A stretch of DNA of 64,000 nucleotides from Octopus sinensis (GCF_006345805.1 NC_043018.1:496001-560000); one strand, 5' to 3'. Counted from the stretch's first letter, positions 27,117-38,833 are shown. Translations and numbers: made by a program. Notes: generated from the letters alone by a model not told the origin.

Positions 27117-28369
27117 GATAATTAATTTCTTGTTGCTTTTAGTTTAGCTCGAGTTCAAATCTCTAATAACATTACGCAAGATAACCAAGCAACTAATAAT
27201 TAAATTCCAATTGAAATATAACAAAACAAATAAAGATTATAAATAAAGAACCTATTAGAATAAAAGTTAAAAAAAAAGTCCTCCCAGCAGTAGCAGTGAA
27301 TCTATACTGAAAGGGAAAACGTAACGAATTTGAAACAATTTTGACACCTAGAGAGCTGTACGCTGAATGGTTGTTTACTGTATATAAAGTGTCAAAGTGC
27401 AAACTTCTTTATATTCCACCAATAATCAATCAAAGTTGTTTTTTTTATATTAAGGAATGTGTTATTTTTTTGTTCATGTATTTGTTTCTCATCTTCATTT
27501 AATGAATCTTTATAAATGTCTTTTTTAATTATATATTTTTGTTCTATAATATTTCTTTTACTGTCTGTCTCGAGCTGAAAGTGAAGATTTAATTTGTAAG
27601 AGTACATCCATTTTTTTTACAATACGTTATGTTGAATGAAAGCTGCCTGCTGCTTATAAATCTTGTTCAATGCGGCTGTCGATGTTTAACCCGTGTTTTT
27701 AATTGCTATATAGGCTCCGGTGTTGTTGGTCACTGAGATCTGTTATTACAGTACCTCATTTATTATTCTTATCATTTTGTTTTCTTTAAATCAAAGTGTT
27801 GCAAGGACTATAGCATCTACTGGGCATTATATTTTGGAAGGTGTCCTGTAGATCATTTCCTTTCATAGTTTTGTCTCCTCGACGAAGGAGCACGTGTTTC
27901 TAAATAATAACGACAATAACAACGGCAACAAAATGGACGCCTTCATTTTATAATTGTCTTTGCGTTTAACCCAACACAGTCGTTGTTGTTGCTGATATAT
28001 AACCCGAGGTTTTATTGCCAAGTCAATGTTGTTCTTATGGATGTATTATCAAAAAACAGTAGTTGGTATTGTGATATTTCTATTTTCTTTGAGTCATAGT
28101 GAAGCTAGCGTCTGTCGGACGGTGTCCTGTGGAAAAATTTAACATAACAATTGTGTCGATGAGTGTGTATCTGGGGGCTAAACAGCAGCAACAACAACAG
28201 AAGCAATAAATTAATGCATTCACAAAATCTTATACATGTACCTTGTTCACAATGGTATTCCTTCGGGCTAATCCTTATGAAAAGGTTGTTAGTATTCTAT
28301 TCATTTCTCAATGTAGATTCCATTTTCGCCAATGATTTTAGTAAACATAGATCTTAGTATATCATATGT

Positions 28370-28656
28370 GATCACGTGACCGACCAGTCCATCAGATGTA
28401 GTTACACCTCACTGGTCACAATGCGTTCGCATTGTTTTAGCCTTCGAATGGCGCAACCCCGCTGGCTAAGCGAGCAGGCCAATGGAAGAAAGAGTGGTGA
28501 AAGAGTACAGCAGGGATCACCACCCCTGCTGGAGCCTCGTGGAGCTTTTAAGTGTTTTCGCTCAATAAACACTCACAACGCTCGGTCTGGGAATCGAAAC
28601 CGCGATCCTATGACCGCGAGTCCGCTGCCCTAACCACTGGGACATTGCGCCTCCAC
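28370..28656 (-). mobile_element. SINE family C (C1 tail) with 11-bp TSD
   Basis: atatcatatgt at 28359-28369 and 28657-28667; matches the 13503 and 53142 copies. Confidence 0.9.
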
Positions 28657-29826
28657 ATATCATATGTACATCTTATAATGAGAAATGAGTCAACGCTTAT
28701 TGTAGAAACACATTAGAAGAAAGCATTCCAGATAAGACCATTCTAATTTAATTTTGGGGACATAAACCTATGCTCTTTCCTGCAATGTGAATAGGAAGAA
28801 GTTTAACATTTCTGCATTTTAAGCATCATCCATTATTGGTACTACTACTTAAAATCAGTAATTAATTTCTGTCTAGAAGCTATTTTCCACACAGATCTCA
28901 GCTGTTATCAAATGTTGGCGTGTAATTCAATTTGCAAACTGTTTATTCAAAACATTTATGACGAATATTGTACTTCCGCTTGTTAAGGCACGTGCTTTAC
29001 AAGAGCTTGAAATATATACGTAAACTAAATAATGAAAAAGTGGGCACAAGCATTCTGCACATTTAAAACGATCGGCCAGTCGCTCTCATTTCGTTTACCA
29101 TTTTTTTTCAAGGAAGATTACATGATTTAATATTATTGTTGATGAATTGAATGAAGATAAACAGTAGGACTATTTAAAAAAATACATTGAATATATCACA
29201 TCATAATACCTCATCTTAATTAGATATCAGAACCACATGATATTTATTGGTGAAGATGGGGGAAAGAATAATGCCTGGGAGCAGAGTATTTGACATTGTC
29301 ATGGATGCGGATATACCAGTTCTTCTTCACCAAAAATGCAATCCTTAATCTTATTGTCGACCCATAGGTTTGATTTCGAGCTCTTTTAGAAATATATTTT
29401 ACATGTCCATATTAATCCCCTATGTTTCATTCAGAACATGAGCGGTCCTAAATCCAGTAATCCTTAAAAGTTACTAGACCTTGTCGGCTGGATCATCATC
29501 GTCAAAATAAAGAGACAGTATGACTTGTTGCTATCGATTTCCAGTGGGCTGTGAAGCGCAAATTTAAAAACAAAATCATGTAATTTTTAGACCGAATTTG
29601 ATTTAATATTTTATCTAATATATAATCAGCCGCTATTGATATTTCGTTTTTGTTTAGCTATTATCAAAGCTTCTATTAATTGATCTGACTATTTGAGGAA
29701 TTATATATAAAATTACCCGCTAAATCTTTTCTATCAATTTTATTTCATGTACTATGATGGGATGGGTCGAAGAAGAGGAAAAGTTAATGAGAAAACTAAT
29801 AATATTATTGGAATCTTAATCTTATA

Positions 29827-30257
29827 AGCGCAGGAGTGGCTGAGTAGTAAGTAGCTTGCTTACCAGCCACATCGTTCCGCGTTCAGTCCCACTGCGTGAA
29901 ACCTCGGGCATGTGTCTCGGGCCGACCAAAACATTGTGAGTGGATTTGGTAGACTGAAACTGAAAGAAGCCCGTCGTATATATGTATATATATATATATT
30001 ATATATATATATATCACTGTAATATTTGTGGTAAATCATTCTCTAAAATTGCAGACTCCAATCTGTGTTTGCCCCCCCCCACCTCGCTTGACAACCGATT
30101 CCGGTGTGTTCACGTCCCCATAAATTAGCGATTCGGCAAAAAGAGACCGATAGAATAAGTATAGGCTTACAAAGAATAAGTCCTGGGAACGATTTGCTCG
30201 ACTAAAGGCGGTGCTCCAGTATGGCTGCACTCAAATGACTGAAACAAGTAAAAGAGT
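29827..30257 (+). mobile_element. SINE family B
   Basis: gcgcaggagtggctgagtagtaag...tgactgaaacaagtaaaagag. Confidence 0.9.
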
Positions 30258-30696
30258 ATGTATATGTGCATTTGTCTGCGCGCGCCTGTGTATGCCTCTG
30301 GGCGTGCGAGAGGTCCACTCATAAACAATTAATGCTTTAAAGGACCTCACAATCGGAACGACCACACAATCACAAAAACATAAGGAAAGAACTTCACTAC
30401 TTTTGTCTCGAATTTCCTGTTTTAGAGAACAACATTAAGAAAATAACCAGTGTTTCAAACCAAATTTAGAAACTATTCTTCCTATAATCAATTTTTGATC
30501 TGGCTTCTTTTCTCAAGTGAAACTGTGTATGGCTGGACGTAATCGTGTGCGGTGTTATATTTTAAAGATACTATTTAAACAGCAACTGTGTAACAGCCAT
30601 TGTGAACTTTCACATTCAAAGCATCAATTCGGGCATATCTCAGCTTCACGAAACAAATGCAAACCAGTTATATATTTCCGAATCGGCTAAAGTAAA

Positions 30697-30850
30697 GACG
30701 GCGAGTTGGCAGAATGGTTATCACCCCAGGCATTTCGACCATCTTCACGTTCTGAGTTCAAATTCCACCGAGGTCGATATTGCCTTTCATTTCATTCTTT
30801 CAGTGTTGTTGTAATAAGTAACAGTTGAGCAGCGAGTTACATACAATCGC
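30697..30850 (+). mobile_element. Old SINE family A copy
   Basis: gacggcgagttggcagaatggtta...gttctgagttcaaattccaccgaggtcgatattgcctttcat. Confidence 0.75.
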
Positions 30851-30959
30851 CCCGGTTTCCTAATTCATATAGATTTATCACATCATTACACATACACATT
30901 CATATATAAAAGTATATATGTACACGCATGAATGCACACTATACATGTGTGTGTGTGTG

Positions 30960-31250
30960 TGTTTGTCGTAGACAGCAGGGCAGGCAGGCAAATATAACGT
31001 ACTCTATTGCGGACGCATGTGTTATATACATTAACTTTAATTTATGAAGATATGTTATTTCCACAGACGCCTATCAAGCCTGCTGAAAGCTCTGCTAGCC
31101 CTGCTGATTCTGTATGAAATTTCATCATCATGACCAGTAGCGTTCAAGGTACCTCCTAAATAAATAAATCTAGGTCAGTCTCCGATCTTTGACCATTCAC
31201 AGTTATAAACGGTTCCACATCTTGGAAAGGACGGGCAGATACATTATAAA
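30960..31250 (-). mobile_element. RTE LINE fragment, inverted duplicate of part of 32690-33050
   Basis: Reverse complement matches the IDDEISYRSSRASSAFGR...RLW region of the plus-strand copy. Confidence 0.7.
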
Positions 31251-32352
31251 TTTTGAGTTTTGTGTCTATAGTAAAGAGAACTGTTTACGTTTGTTCAAGT
31301 ACTTGTCTGGCACATTATTTAACCGATGGGAAGCAAAATTACCTCCGGCGAGATGTTCATTCTTAATGGCTAGAGGCGAAAATACACTGCACGTTGTTTT
31401 GTTCTATTTAATAACAACTCTGCATCTCCAACAACTCTGAAATATTTAAACCAGTAATATAATAAAATAATAAGATAACAAGCATTGTAGTTATCTATTC
31501 GTTTGCTCATATCTGGAGACTGTTGTCAACATCACAAATGACAAATTAATGATATAAATTATAATATATTTCATAGACAACATAGATTTGCTTCTATAAA
31601 TTACATGTGGGAATAGTTGAGTGTGAAGTAACGTTGTACGGAAGTCTTTACGCAGCGTTAATTTGATATAATTACATGGAAAAGCAGGTGCAGGGATGTA
31701 GTAATTATAGACGAGAATACGCAAAATGGACTCATATTGTAAAGTAGCGAAATAACCAAGTGATATAAGTTACATCACAATAATTATATCAATTATAGTG
31801 CTTATTCAATAAATGAACTTCAATTCAATAATAAGAATGATGATGAAGGTGACGATGATGATGATGATGATGATGATGATGAGAATGATGACAGCGACGA
31901 CGACGATCACCACCACCACCACCACCACCACCACCACCGCAGCTACTATGTAGTTTCAAAGTTCTTCGATCAATTTATGCTATCATACAGATGTCTCCCT
32001 CACAAACTAAACATATTGCAGATGTATGTTATGAATTTGTCGTTTTATGTGAAAGACAGAAGAGGCGGCGATAATATGTTGAAGGATAATACAATATGTA
32101 GCAATCGTGATAAATAATTACTTCTTAACCTCATGCTATATATCGTATTTATGTGCACACTCACACACACACACACACACACACACATGTATGCATGTAT
32201 ATGTATATGATTATCTTTATATCTATATGTATATATATATATATATATATTTGAGTAGAAAAATGAAATACCTTTTTATGGATAATTCGTTTAACCGATA
32301 CCTGGGTAGCAAATTCACCTCAGAAATAACACGGTTGATGTTGACATAAATA

Positions 32353-32447
32353 CCTTGTTTTTCCTGATGAGAAAGCGGCATAATGTACTCCTTGTTCCTT
32401 CACAATTAGGAATATGCAGCCTTCGAAACATATGTCGAAAATAAAGG
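32353..32447 (+). ncRNA. Type I hammerhead ribozyme motif in a (TA)n-flanked element (about 32232-32487)
   Basis: Stem I ccttgtttttc/gaaaataaagg (5 bp, 2x2 loop, 4 bp); CTGATGA at 32364-32370; stem II gaaagcggcata/tatgcagccttc (10 of 12 paired); GAAA at 32425-32428; palindromic stem III ACATATGT; GUC cleavage triplet ending at 32436. Confidence 0.8.
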
Positions 32448-32485
32448 AAATTTGTTAATTTGTCGTTCAACTCCATTCTTTCAAT

Positions 32486-32530
<45 letters not shown>

Positions 32531-32689
32531 ATATATGTGAATATACATATATATGCTTGTATGTATGTTTGTTTGTATGTATATAGGACAACAGGAAAAC
32601 TGTTCAATCAAAAGTCTCTGTGTTAAAACGAAAGTAAGTACTGCATTCTCACCTTGTTTAGTTTCTGTATACAGTTGATTGTCACCTGT

Positions 32690-33050
32690 TGACACATTCT
32701 CGGAAAGATATGCAACACAAGGGGAATGTGCAGCTTTGGGTTAACAATCAATCTAAACAAAAATGTTATAATGTACCAGCCCGCTCCTTCCAAGATGTGG
32801 AACCGTTCATAACTGTGAATGATCAAAGATCGGAGACTGACCTAGATTTATTTATTTAGGAGGTACCTTGAGCACTGCTGGTATTGATGATGAAATTTCA
32901 TACAGAAGCAGCAGGGCTAGTAGTGCTTTTGGTAGGTTTGATAGGCGTCTGTGGAAATAACATATCTTCATAAATTAAAGTTAATGTATATAACACATGC
33001 GTCCGCATGGAGTACGTTATTTTTGCTTGCCTGTCCGGCTGGCTACGGCA
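32690..33050 (+). mobile_element. Decayed RTE-clade LINE, RT C-terminal fragment
   Basis: Frameshifted translation gives ALGLTINLNKNVIMYQPAP...YLG...IDDEISYRSSRASSAFGR..RRLW...IKVNVY, the GLTIN.KKT.VM.QP, YLGS, EI..RI.KAS.AFG.L..RLW pattern of RTE elements. Confidence 0.75.
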
Positions 33051-33354
33051 AACACACATACACATGTATAGTGTGCATTCATGCGTGTACATATATACTT
33101 TTATATATGAATGTGTATGTATAATGATGTGATAAATCTATATGAATTAGGAAACCGTGGCGATTGAAATAATTTAAATAGAGTCATGTGCTTTTATTGT
33201 AAATTTGCTATAGAGAATAGTCTAGTATTAAATCGTTTAAACCCCTTAACACGTGGTAGAGCCAAACTATTTTCTGTTGCAGATTTCAGTGTCCTGATAT
33301 TAGACTGACATTTATGGTCAGAGTAAGGTTGAATCTTATAATTTTCTTTAGAAT

Positions 33355-33388
<34 letters not shown>

Positions 33389-33724
33389 ATATGTATATAT
33401 ATATATACATATATGCATAGACATATACATATATACATACATATATGTATAAATTGATATATATATATACATGTAGAAACAAGGAGAGATAGAAGATAGA
33501 GTGACGGAGAGAGAGAGAGTTGTAAATAGATATACGAAATACATACATATATACATACGTACTTACACAGAGAATGATTAAATATCCTTTTAGCGTTAAT
33601 GAAACGTTACCTAACAAATGAGGTCAACTAAGGCCAGTTGATGTTATTAACTAATGCACGTTTCTCCAGCTCTTTCCCCATGTACACGCACGGATTCATA
33701 CGTACATAAGTATACATATATAAA

Positions 33725-33810
<86 letters not shown>

Positions 33811-34174
33811 CATATATAGGGTAGCGAATATCCGTTATAAATATCACCACCAGTGGCCTAGCATGTATAAATAGTCAATAGACAACATATCCATATTATA
33901 AAATAGTGTACATCAAACACAAAAGAAAACTACCTTGTAAGAGGTAATTTTTACATGCTAGAAATAGCAGCCAACACGGCCAAAACCACGATTTAATAGC
34001 AATTTTCGAAGTAAAGGAAAAATAAAAACTTTTACCTTGTTATTTTTATTATATTCAATAACAACTGTTGTTGATTTATTAATAATGGGCTGTTAGTTGT
34101 AGTTGGATGCCTTCATGGTAGATTGTTCATAAAGGATTATTTACGTATAGTTATTAATTAATTATTTTATTATT

Positions 34175-34292
34175 GTAGTTATTTTTAACCTGATGAGTGG
34201 CTATATTTATATTGTAGTGATTTTACTACTACTACTATTTTTACTATAATCATTTCTTAAATATAGCCACGAAACACGTGTCGTTATTCTAC
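34175..34292 (+). ncRNA. Type I hammerhead ribozyme motif with fully canonical core
   Basis: Stem I taac/gtta plus distal gtag/ctac; CTGATGA at 34190-34196; perfect 12-bp stem II gtggctatattt/aaatatagccac; GAAA at 34271-34274; palindromic stem III ACACGTGT; GUC triplet ending at 34282. Confidence 0.9.
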
Positions 34293-34442
34293 TAAATATA
34301 TGCGTTTTAGTTATTATTTTGCACATTAATTAATAATCGGTATATTTTTTATCTTATATTTAATATTTCTATTATATGTAATTTTCTAGATAGGGTTATT
34401 TAATTTTTCCTTTTGAGTTGATAAAATGTGTTGTTTCTAATT

Positions 34443-34474
<32 letters not shown>

Positions 34475-34480
34475 ATATAC

Positions 34481-34683
34481 TTTATTTAAGCAGCAGAAAA
34501 TTCAACAAAACATGTTACTCTGAGTTTCCCGTTGCCGTTCATAGGACAGTTTTGCTAGCAACGGGAAACCTAGAGTAACATGTTTTGTTGAATTTTCTGC
34601 TGCTTTAAATAAAGCATATTACTCTACCACTGGTATGTGAGTACTCTTTTTTCCACCTTGTTTCACATTTATGTGTTTACTCC

Positions 34684-34686
<3 letters not shown>
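34481..34686. mobile_element. (TA)n-flanked foldback element with ~55-bp inverted arms carrying a decayed hammerhead-like 3' half
   Basis: Arms 34481-34535 and 34558-34613 are reverse complements with few differences and a 22-nt spacer. Minus strand reads ctgtcctatgaacggcaacggGAAACtcagaGTAacatg. Confidence 0.7.
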
Positions 34687-34734
<48 letters not shown>

Positions 34735-34737
34735 GTT

Positions 34738-34803
<66 letters not shown>

Positions 34804-34837
34804 CATGCGTCTATTGATATGTACTTCTAGGATAACA

Positions 34838-34919
34838 GGTTGCTTACTGATGAGTCTAACCTGAGCAGATAAATTATATTTAATGCTGAAAAAGACGAAA
34901 CTGCAGTATAAGATGAACC
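34838..34919 (+). ncRNA. Type I hammerhead ribozyme motif with fully canonical core (copy a)
   Basis: Stem I ggtt-g-ctta / taag-atg-aacc; CTGATGA at 34847-34853; stem II gtct/agac; GAAA at 34897-34900; palindromic stem III ACTGCAGT; GUA triplet ending at 34908. Confidence 0.9.
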
Positions 34920-35265
34920 GAGTTTGTAAACGTTTTTAATTTTCATTTCACTGAATTTATCCAATTTTTGTGTATCTAGTACTCACTTCTTCTTTTAGAA
35001 GCCTTTTAATGTACTTATATATGAATAACATATAGCCTAATGGCTAAAATGTCTTTTGTGCTAGATCACCGGCAATAATAATTTATGTTATCGCCTTTTT
35101 ACTATGCTTACATATTCCTCGATAAATTTTGATCGTAAGACCCTATACCAGAACCCCCTCTGTTTGTCGGGTATGTTATGCGTCTGCGCAATGATCTGAA
35201 AAGTTAGAGAATGCAAATCAGTAGAGTCGCACATGCTTCTATTGATATGTACTTCTAGGATAACA

Positions 35266-35347
35266 GGTTGCTTACTGATGAGACTAACCTGAGCAGATAA
35301 ATTATATTTAATGCTGAAAAAGACGAAACTGCAGTATAAGATGAACC
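35266..35347 (+). ncRNA. Type I hammerhead ribozyme motif (copy b)
   Basis: Same as copy a shifted by 428 nt, except stem II reads gact/agac (one A-A mismatch); GUA triplet ends at 35336. Confidence 0.85.
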
Positions 35348-35441
35348 GAGTTTGTAAACGTTTTTAATTTTCACTTCACTGAATTTATCCAATTTTTGTG
35401 TATCTAGTACTCACTTCTTCTTTTAGAAGCCTTTTAATGTA

Positions 35442-35492
<51 letters not shown>

Positions 35493-35960
35493 ATATATAT
35501 ATATATATATGACAGCAATATGTGACACAACGTCAGCGGAAACACTCAGAAGATACAAATGAAGAAATTCGGCAATCAGCTCGACTGTCAGCCTTTCAAC
35601 AAATCAATAGTGTAACGTACAATTGCCTGCATTATCAACACAGACACAACCAATTACTAAATTATTTTGACGAGAAAAAATTTTGTAAATCTTCATTCAA
35701 AACATCAGCACTCCCTTGATAAAATTAGACATCAACATAGCAGTAGAAGTCAGACTTAAAAGTACATATAGTTGTTGAAAGGCTAGCAAAGTTCACTAGC
35801 GTTAACTGGAGCATCATACAGCACACATAATCGTACGAACAGAGTAGAAACTCCGCGCAGAATAGAAACTAATAACACACACTGTGACATTAGCAATATT
35901 CTTTTAGTTCAAATCATTCTTGAAAACCATCCTTGCATACATAGGGTCAAATACCTTATT

Positions 35961-36346
35961 GGATGGAAGCACACCGTCGGTTACGACGACGAGGGTTCCG
36001 GTTGATCCGAATCAACGGAACAGCCTGCTCGTGAAATTAACGTGTAAGTGGCTGAGCCCTCCACAAACACGTGCACACTTAACGTAGTTCTCGGGGATAT
36101 TCAGCGTGACACAGAGAGTGACAAGGCCGGCCCTTTGAAATACAGGTACAACAGAAACAGGAAGTAAGAGTGAGAGAAAGTTGTGGTGAAAGAGTACAGC
36201 AGGGATCACCACCATCCCTGCCGGAGCCTCGTGGAGCTTTAGGTGTTTTCGCTCAATAAACATTCACAACGCCCGGTCTGGGAATCAAAACCGCGATCCT
36301 ACGACCGCGAGTCCGCTGCCCTAACCACTGGGCCATTGCGCCTCCA
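35961..36346 (-). mobile_element. SINE family C, tail type C2, with 13-bp TSD
   Basis: caaataccttatt at 35948-35960 and 36347-36359; family C head and body with a different ~190-nt tail. Confidence 0.9.
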
Positions 36347-36494
36347 CAAATACCTTATTAGATATTTCATAACTAGCTATAGCATCTGTGTACTCACGTA
36401 CTCTAATTCTGATTCATAACTTCTTCTATGGTAACTTCTCCTGCTCTGGTGTCCAGCGTACAAATACGACTAAAGTTTTCGAATTTTATAACCA

Positions 36495-36795
36495 ACTAGC
36501 AGTATCGCCCGACGTTGCTCGGGCATGTAAGGGAAATAACTATATAAACATTTTTAGAGAGTTATAGCCAAATAATAGCAAAAAAATGCATTAAAAATGG
36601 AAAAAAAATTATGGTAATTTTTTTTTAAATCGTTGACTCATCGTAGACGCGCGCTAATACCCAGAATGGCTCGATATGAATCACGACTATAAGATACCCG
36701 GTTTTGTTTAAACTGAACCGCAAAATGTGGGAGTAGTTAGGAATCTAAATTGTAGGAGACAGACAGCACACAACCTCTCTTTTATATATAAAGAT
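36495..36795 (+). mobile_element. Helentron/HINE-like non-autonomous rolling-circle element
   Basis: Starts ACTAGCAGTATCGCCCGACGTTGCTCGGG (hairpin cccga/tcggg) and ends cttttatatataaagat, an end pattern I associate with Lep1/DINE-type elements (from memory). Confidence 0.6.
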
Positions 36796-37072
36796 AAATC
36801 ACATTCTGCAATCGGTACAACTATTTGTAGTAACCACAGCCAGCGTCCTGAACTCTCGGTGCAAGTTCATTTGTGTGTGTGTGTGTGTGTGTGTGCATGC
36901 ATATACATATATAATCATATATAGAAAATTTTGAACATTTCAAAATCGTATCTCAATGAACTCAACCCTGTCTTCCACATACTGCAGAAATAATATCGGC
37001 TTTACATGTAAATTTTAAAATATATATATCACGAGCTTAAATTCAAGCTAAGATATCACTACTACTTTAACC

Positions 37073-37460
37073 GTGGAGGCGCAATAGCCTAGTGGTCAGG
37101 GCAGCGGACTCGCGGTCTTAGGATCGCGGTTTCGATTCCCAGACCGGGCGTTGTGAGTGTTTATTGAGCGAAAACACCTAAAGCTCCACGAGGCTCCGGC
37201 AGGGATGGTGGTGATCCCTGCTGTACTCTTTCACCACAACTTTCTCTCACTCTTACTTCCTGTTTCTGTTGTACCTGTATTTCAAAGGGCCGGCCTTGGC
37301 ACTCTCTGTGTCATGCTGAATATCCCCGAGAACTACGTTAAGGGTACACGTGTCTGTGGAGTACTCAGCCACTTACACGTTAATTTCCTGAGCAGGCTGT
37401 TCCGTTGATCAGATCAACCGCAACCCTCATCGTCGTAACCGACGGAGTGCTTCCATTCCT
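37073..37460 (+). mobile_element. SINE family C, tail type C2, with 11-bp TSD
   Basis: ctactttaacc at 37062-37072 and 37461-37471; close reverse-complement match to 35961-36346. Confidence 0.9.
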
Positions 37461-37862
37461 CTACTTTAACCATTTTCTCAATACAATTCGTGCCTCTGTA
37501 ACATTTACATATCCTTTCATATAGATCTATATCGTGGATTCTCTAATATATAATTCCGCATCATACAACTGGAGAAAATGTAACTTTTTTCAAAGTTCAC
37601 CACATCAAAGTTTCATCGATAGACAACAATTTTATTGGTATTTTGTTGAGGTTTTATAAGATATATAACTATATGTGTTTACGCTTTGAAATATGCTTAT
37701 AGAAGGACGCATATATAAGGATCAATAATTTCCAACATAACTAGAATTTATGAAAGATTCATATGTGTTTAAACTAGAGTTTATCAAAGCTTCATATTCA
37801 AATTGTTATATGTAATACAAGAAAAATGGGGTGCTGAAACTAAAAAAAAATGGAGAAGCGGT

Positions 37863-38075
37863 ATTCTTTTCTACTCTAGGCACAAAGCCAGAAATATTTG
37901 GCAGGGGGCCAGTCGATTAGATCGACCTCAGTATGCAACTGGTTCTTAATTTATCGACCCCGAAAGGATGAATGGCAAAGTCGACCTCGGCGGAATTTTA
38001 ACTCAGAACGTAAAGACAGACGAAATAACGCTAAGCATTTCGCCCGGTGTGCTAACGTTTCTGACAACTCGCCTC
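37863..38075 (-). mobile_element. SINE family A, short-tail variant
   Basis: ttatcgaccccgaaaggatgaatggcaaagtcgacctcggcggaatttt...acgctaagcatttcgcccgg. Confidence 0.9.
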
Positions 38076-38128
38076 CTCAATGGAGAAACGGTACTGCCAC
38101 ACCCATCTGCGGAGATTTAAAATTACTC

Positions 38129-38353
38129 TGCTGAAAAGTTCCTCGATTTGGGTAAAAGAAAATACAGGAGGATCCGTTATTTATGTTTTTTATTGAACAT
38201 ATTGCCCTCTCAGATTCCCACTCGTATTGGTGAGGGCCTGCACTTTATCAAGGTCCTATCAGAAACTCAGAAAGTCCTGGGTGGAGTTTAGGCCTCCACC
38301 CAGGCTTTCGTGACACCCTTAAAATCTGGAACTTTTCAGCGTCCTCCCGTGTA
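38129..38353. mobile_element. Mariner-type MITE
   Basis: TIR-like tgctgaaaagttcct and ggaacttttcagcgtcctcccgtgta; third copy of this family. Confidence 0.65.
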
Positions 38354-38739
38354 TATTTTAGCGGTTTTTCTTCTTTAAACAAATTTTACACCATGATTAT
38401 ATCATCGAGCATACGTATATATATATGTAATGTGGTCCCCGTTCGGTAATAGAGAAGAGAGTCACATTTCCAACACACAAGACGTTGGGAGCTTTTTGAA
38501 CAAGGGAGGATAACAACGTAGCTTTCGTGTCCGTGCAACCGCTAGTCTACCGCGTGTGTGTGTGTGGGGTGGTGGTGGATCTTCAAGTTGCCACACGCAT
38601 TCTTAGTAGCTTACAGTAGGCTCGAATTAGAGATTATTCTTTGTGGCTAATGGCGTGAGTCCTGATTGGAAGAAGAAGACAACAGCACCAACAACACAAA
38701 CACTACTTCCAGAACCACATCACAACCACCACAAACTTT

Positions 38740-38801
38740 ACTGCTGCTGCTGCTACTGCCACTGCAACTGCATCTGCCACTACTACTAGTGCGGCTGCTG
38801 T

Positions 38802-38833
<32 letters not shown>

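Larger units (their letters stand above)
34803..35449 (+). mobile_element. (TA)n-flanked 1.5-mer of a 428-nt unit carrying two hammerheads (Penelope-like or retrozyme-like)
   Basis: About 215 bp are repeated at 34803 and 35231 (offset 428), with a unique middle at about 35022-35230 and long (TA)n tracts on both sides. Confidence 0.85.

Noticed and set aside
27193-27607. Two overlapping minus-strand ORFs resembling a soluble segment followed by a hydrophobic helix
   Set aside because: They are in different frames, have the I/K/N/F bias expected of AT-rich random ORFs, and show no recognisable domain.
27650-28100. Possible minus-strand RLE-type LINE C-terminus
   Set aside because: Only vague similarity (KPRVI...WVK); no diagnostic motif could be read.
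29240-29400. Faint resemblance to a Merlin/IS1595 transposase (RIMPGSRVFD...VDP)
   Set aside because: Too few matching residues and interrupted by stops; cannot be supported without a profile search.
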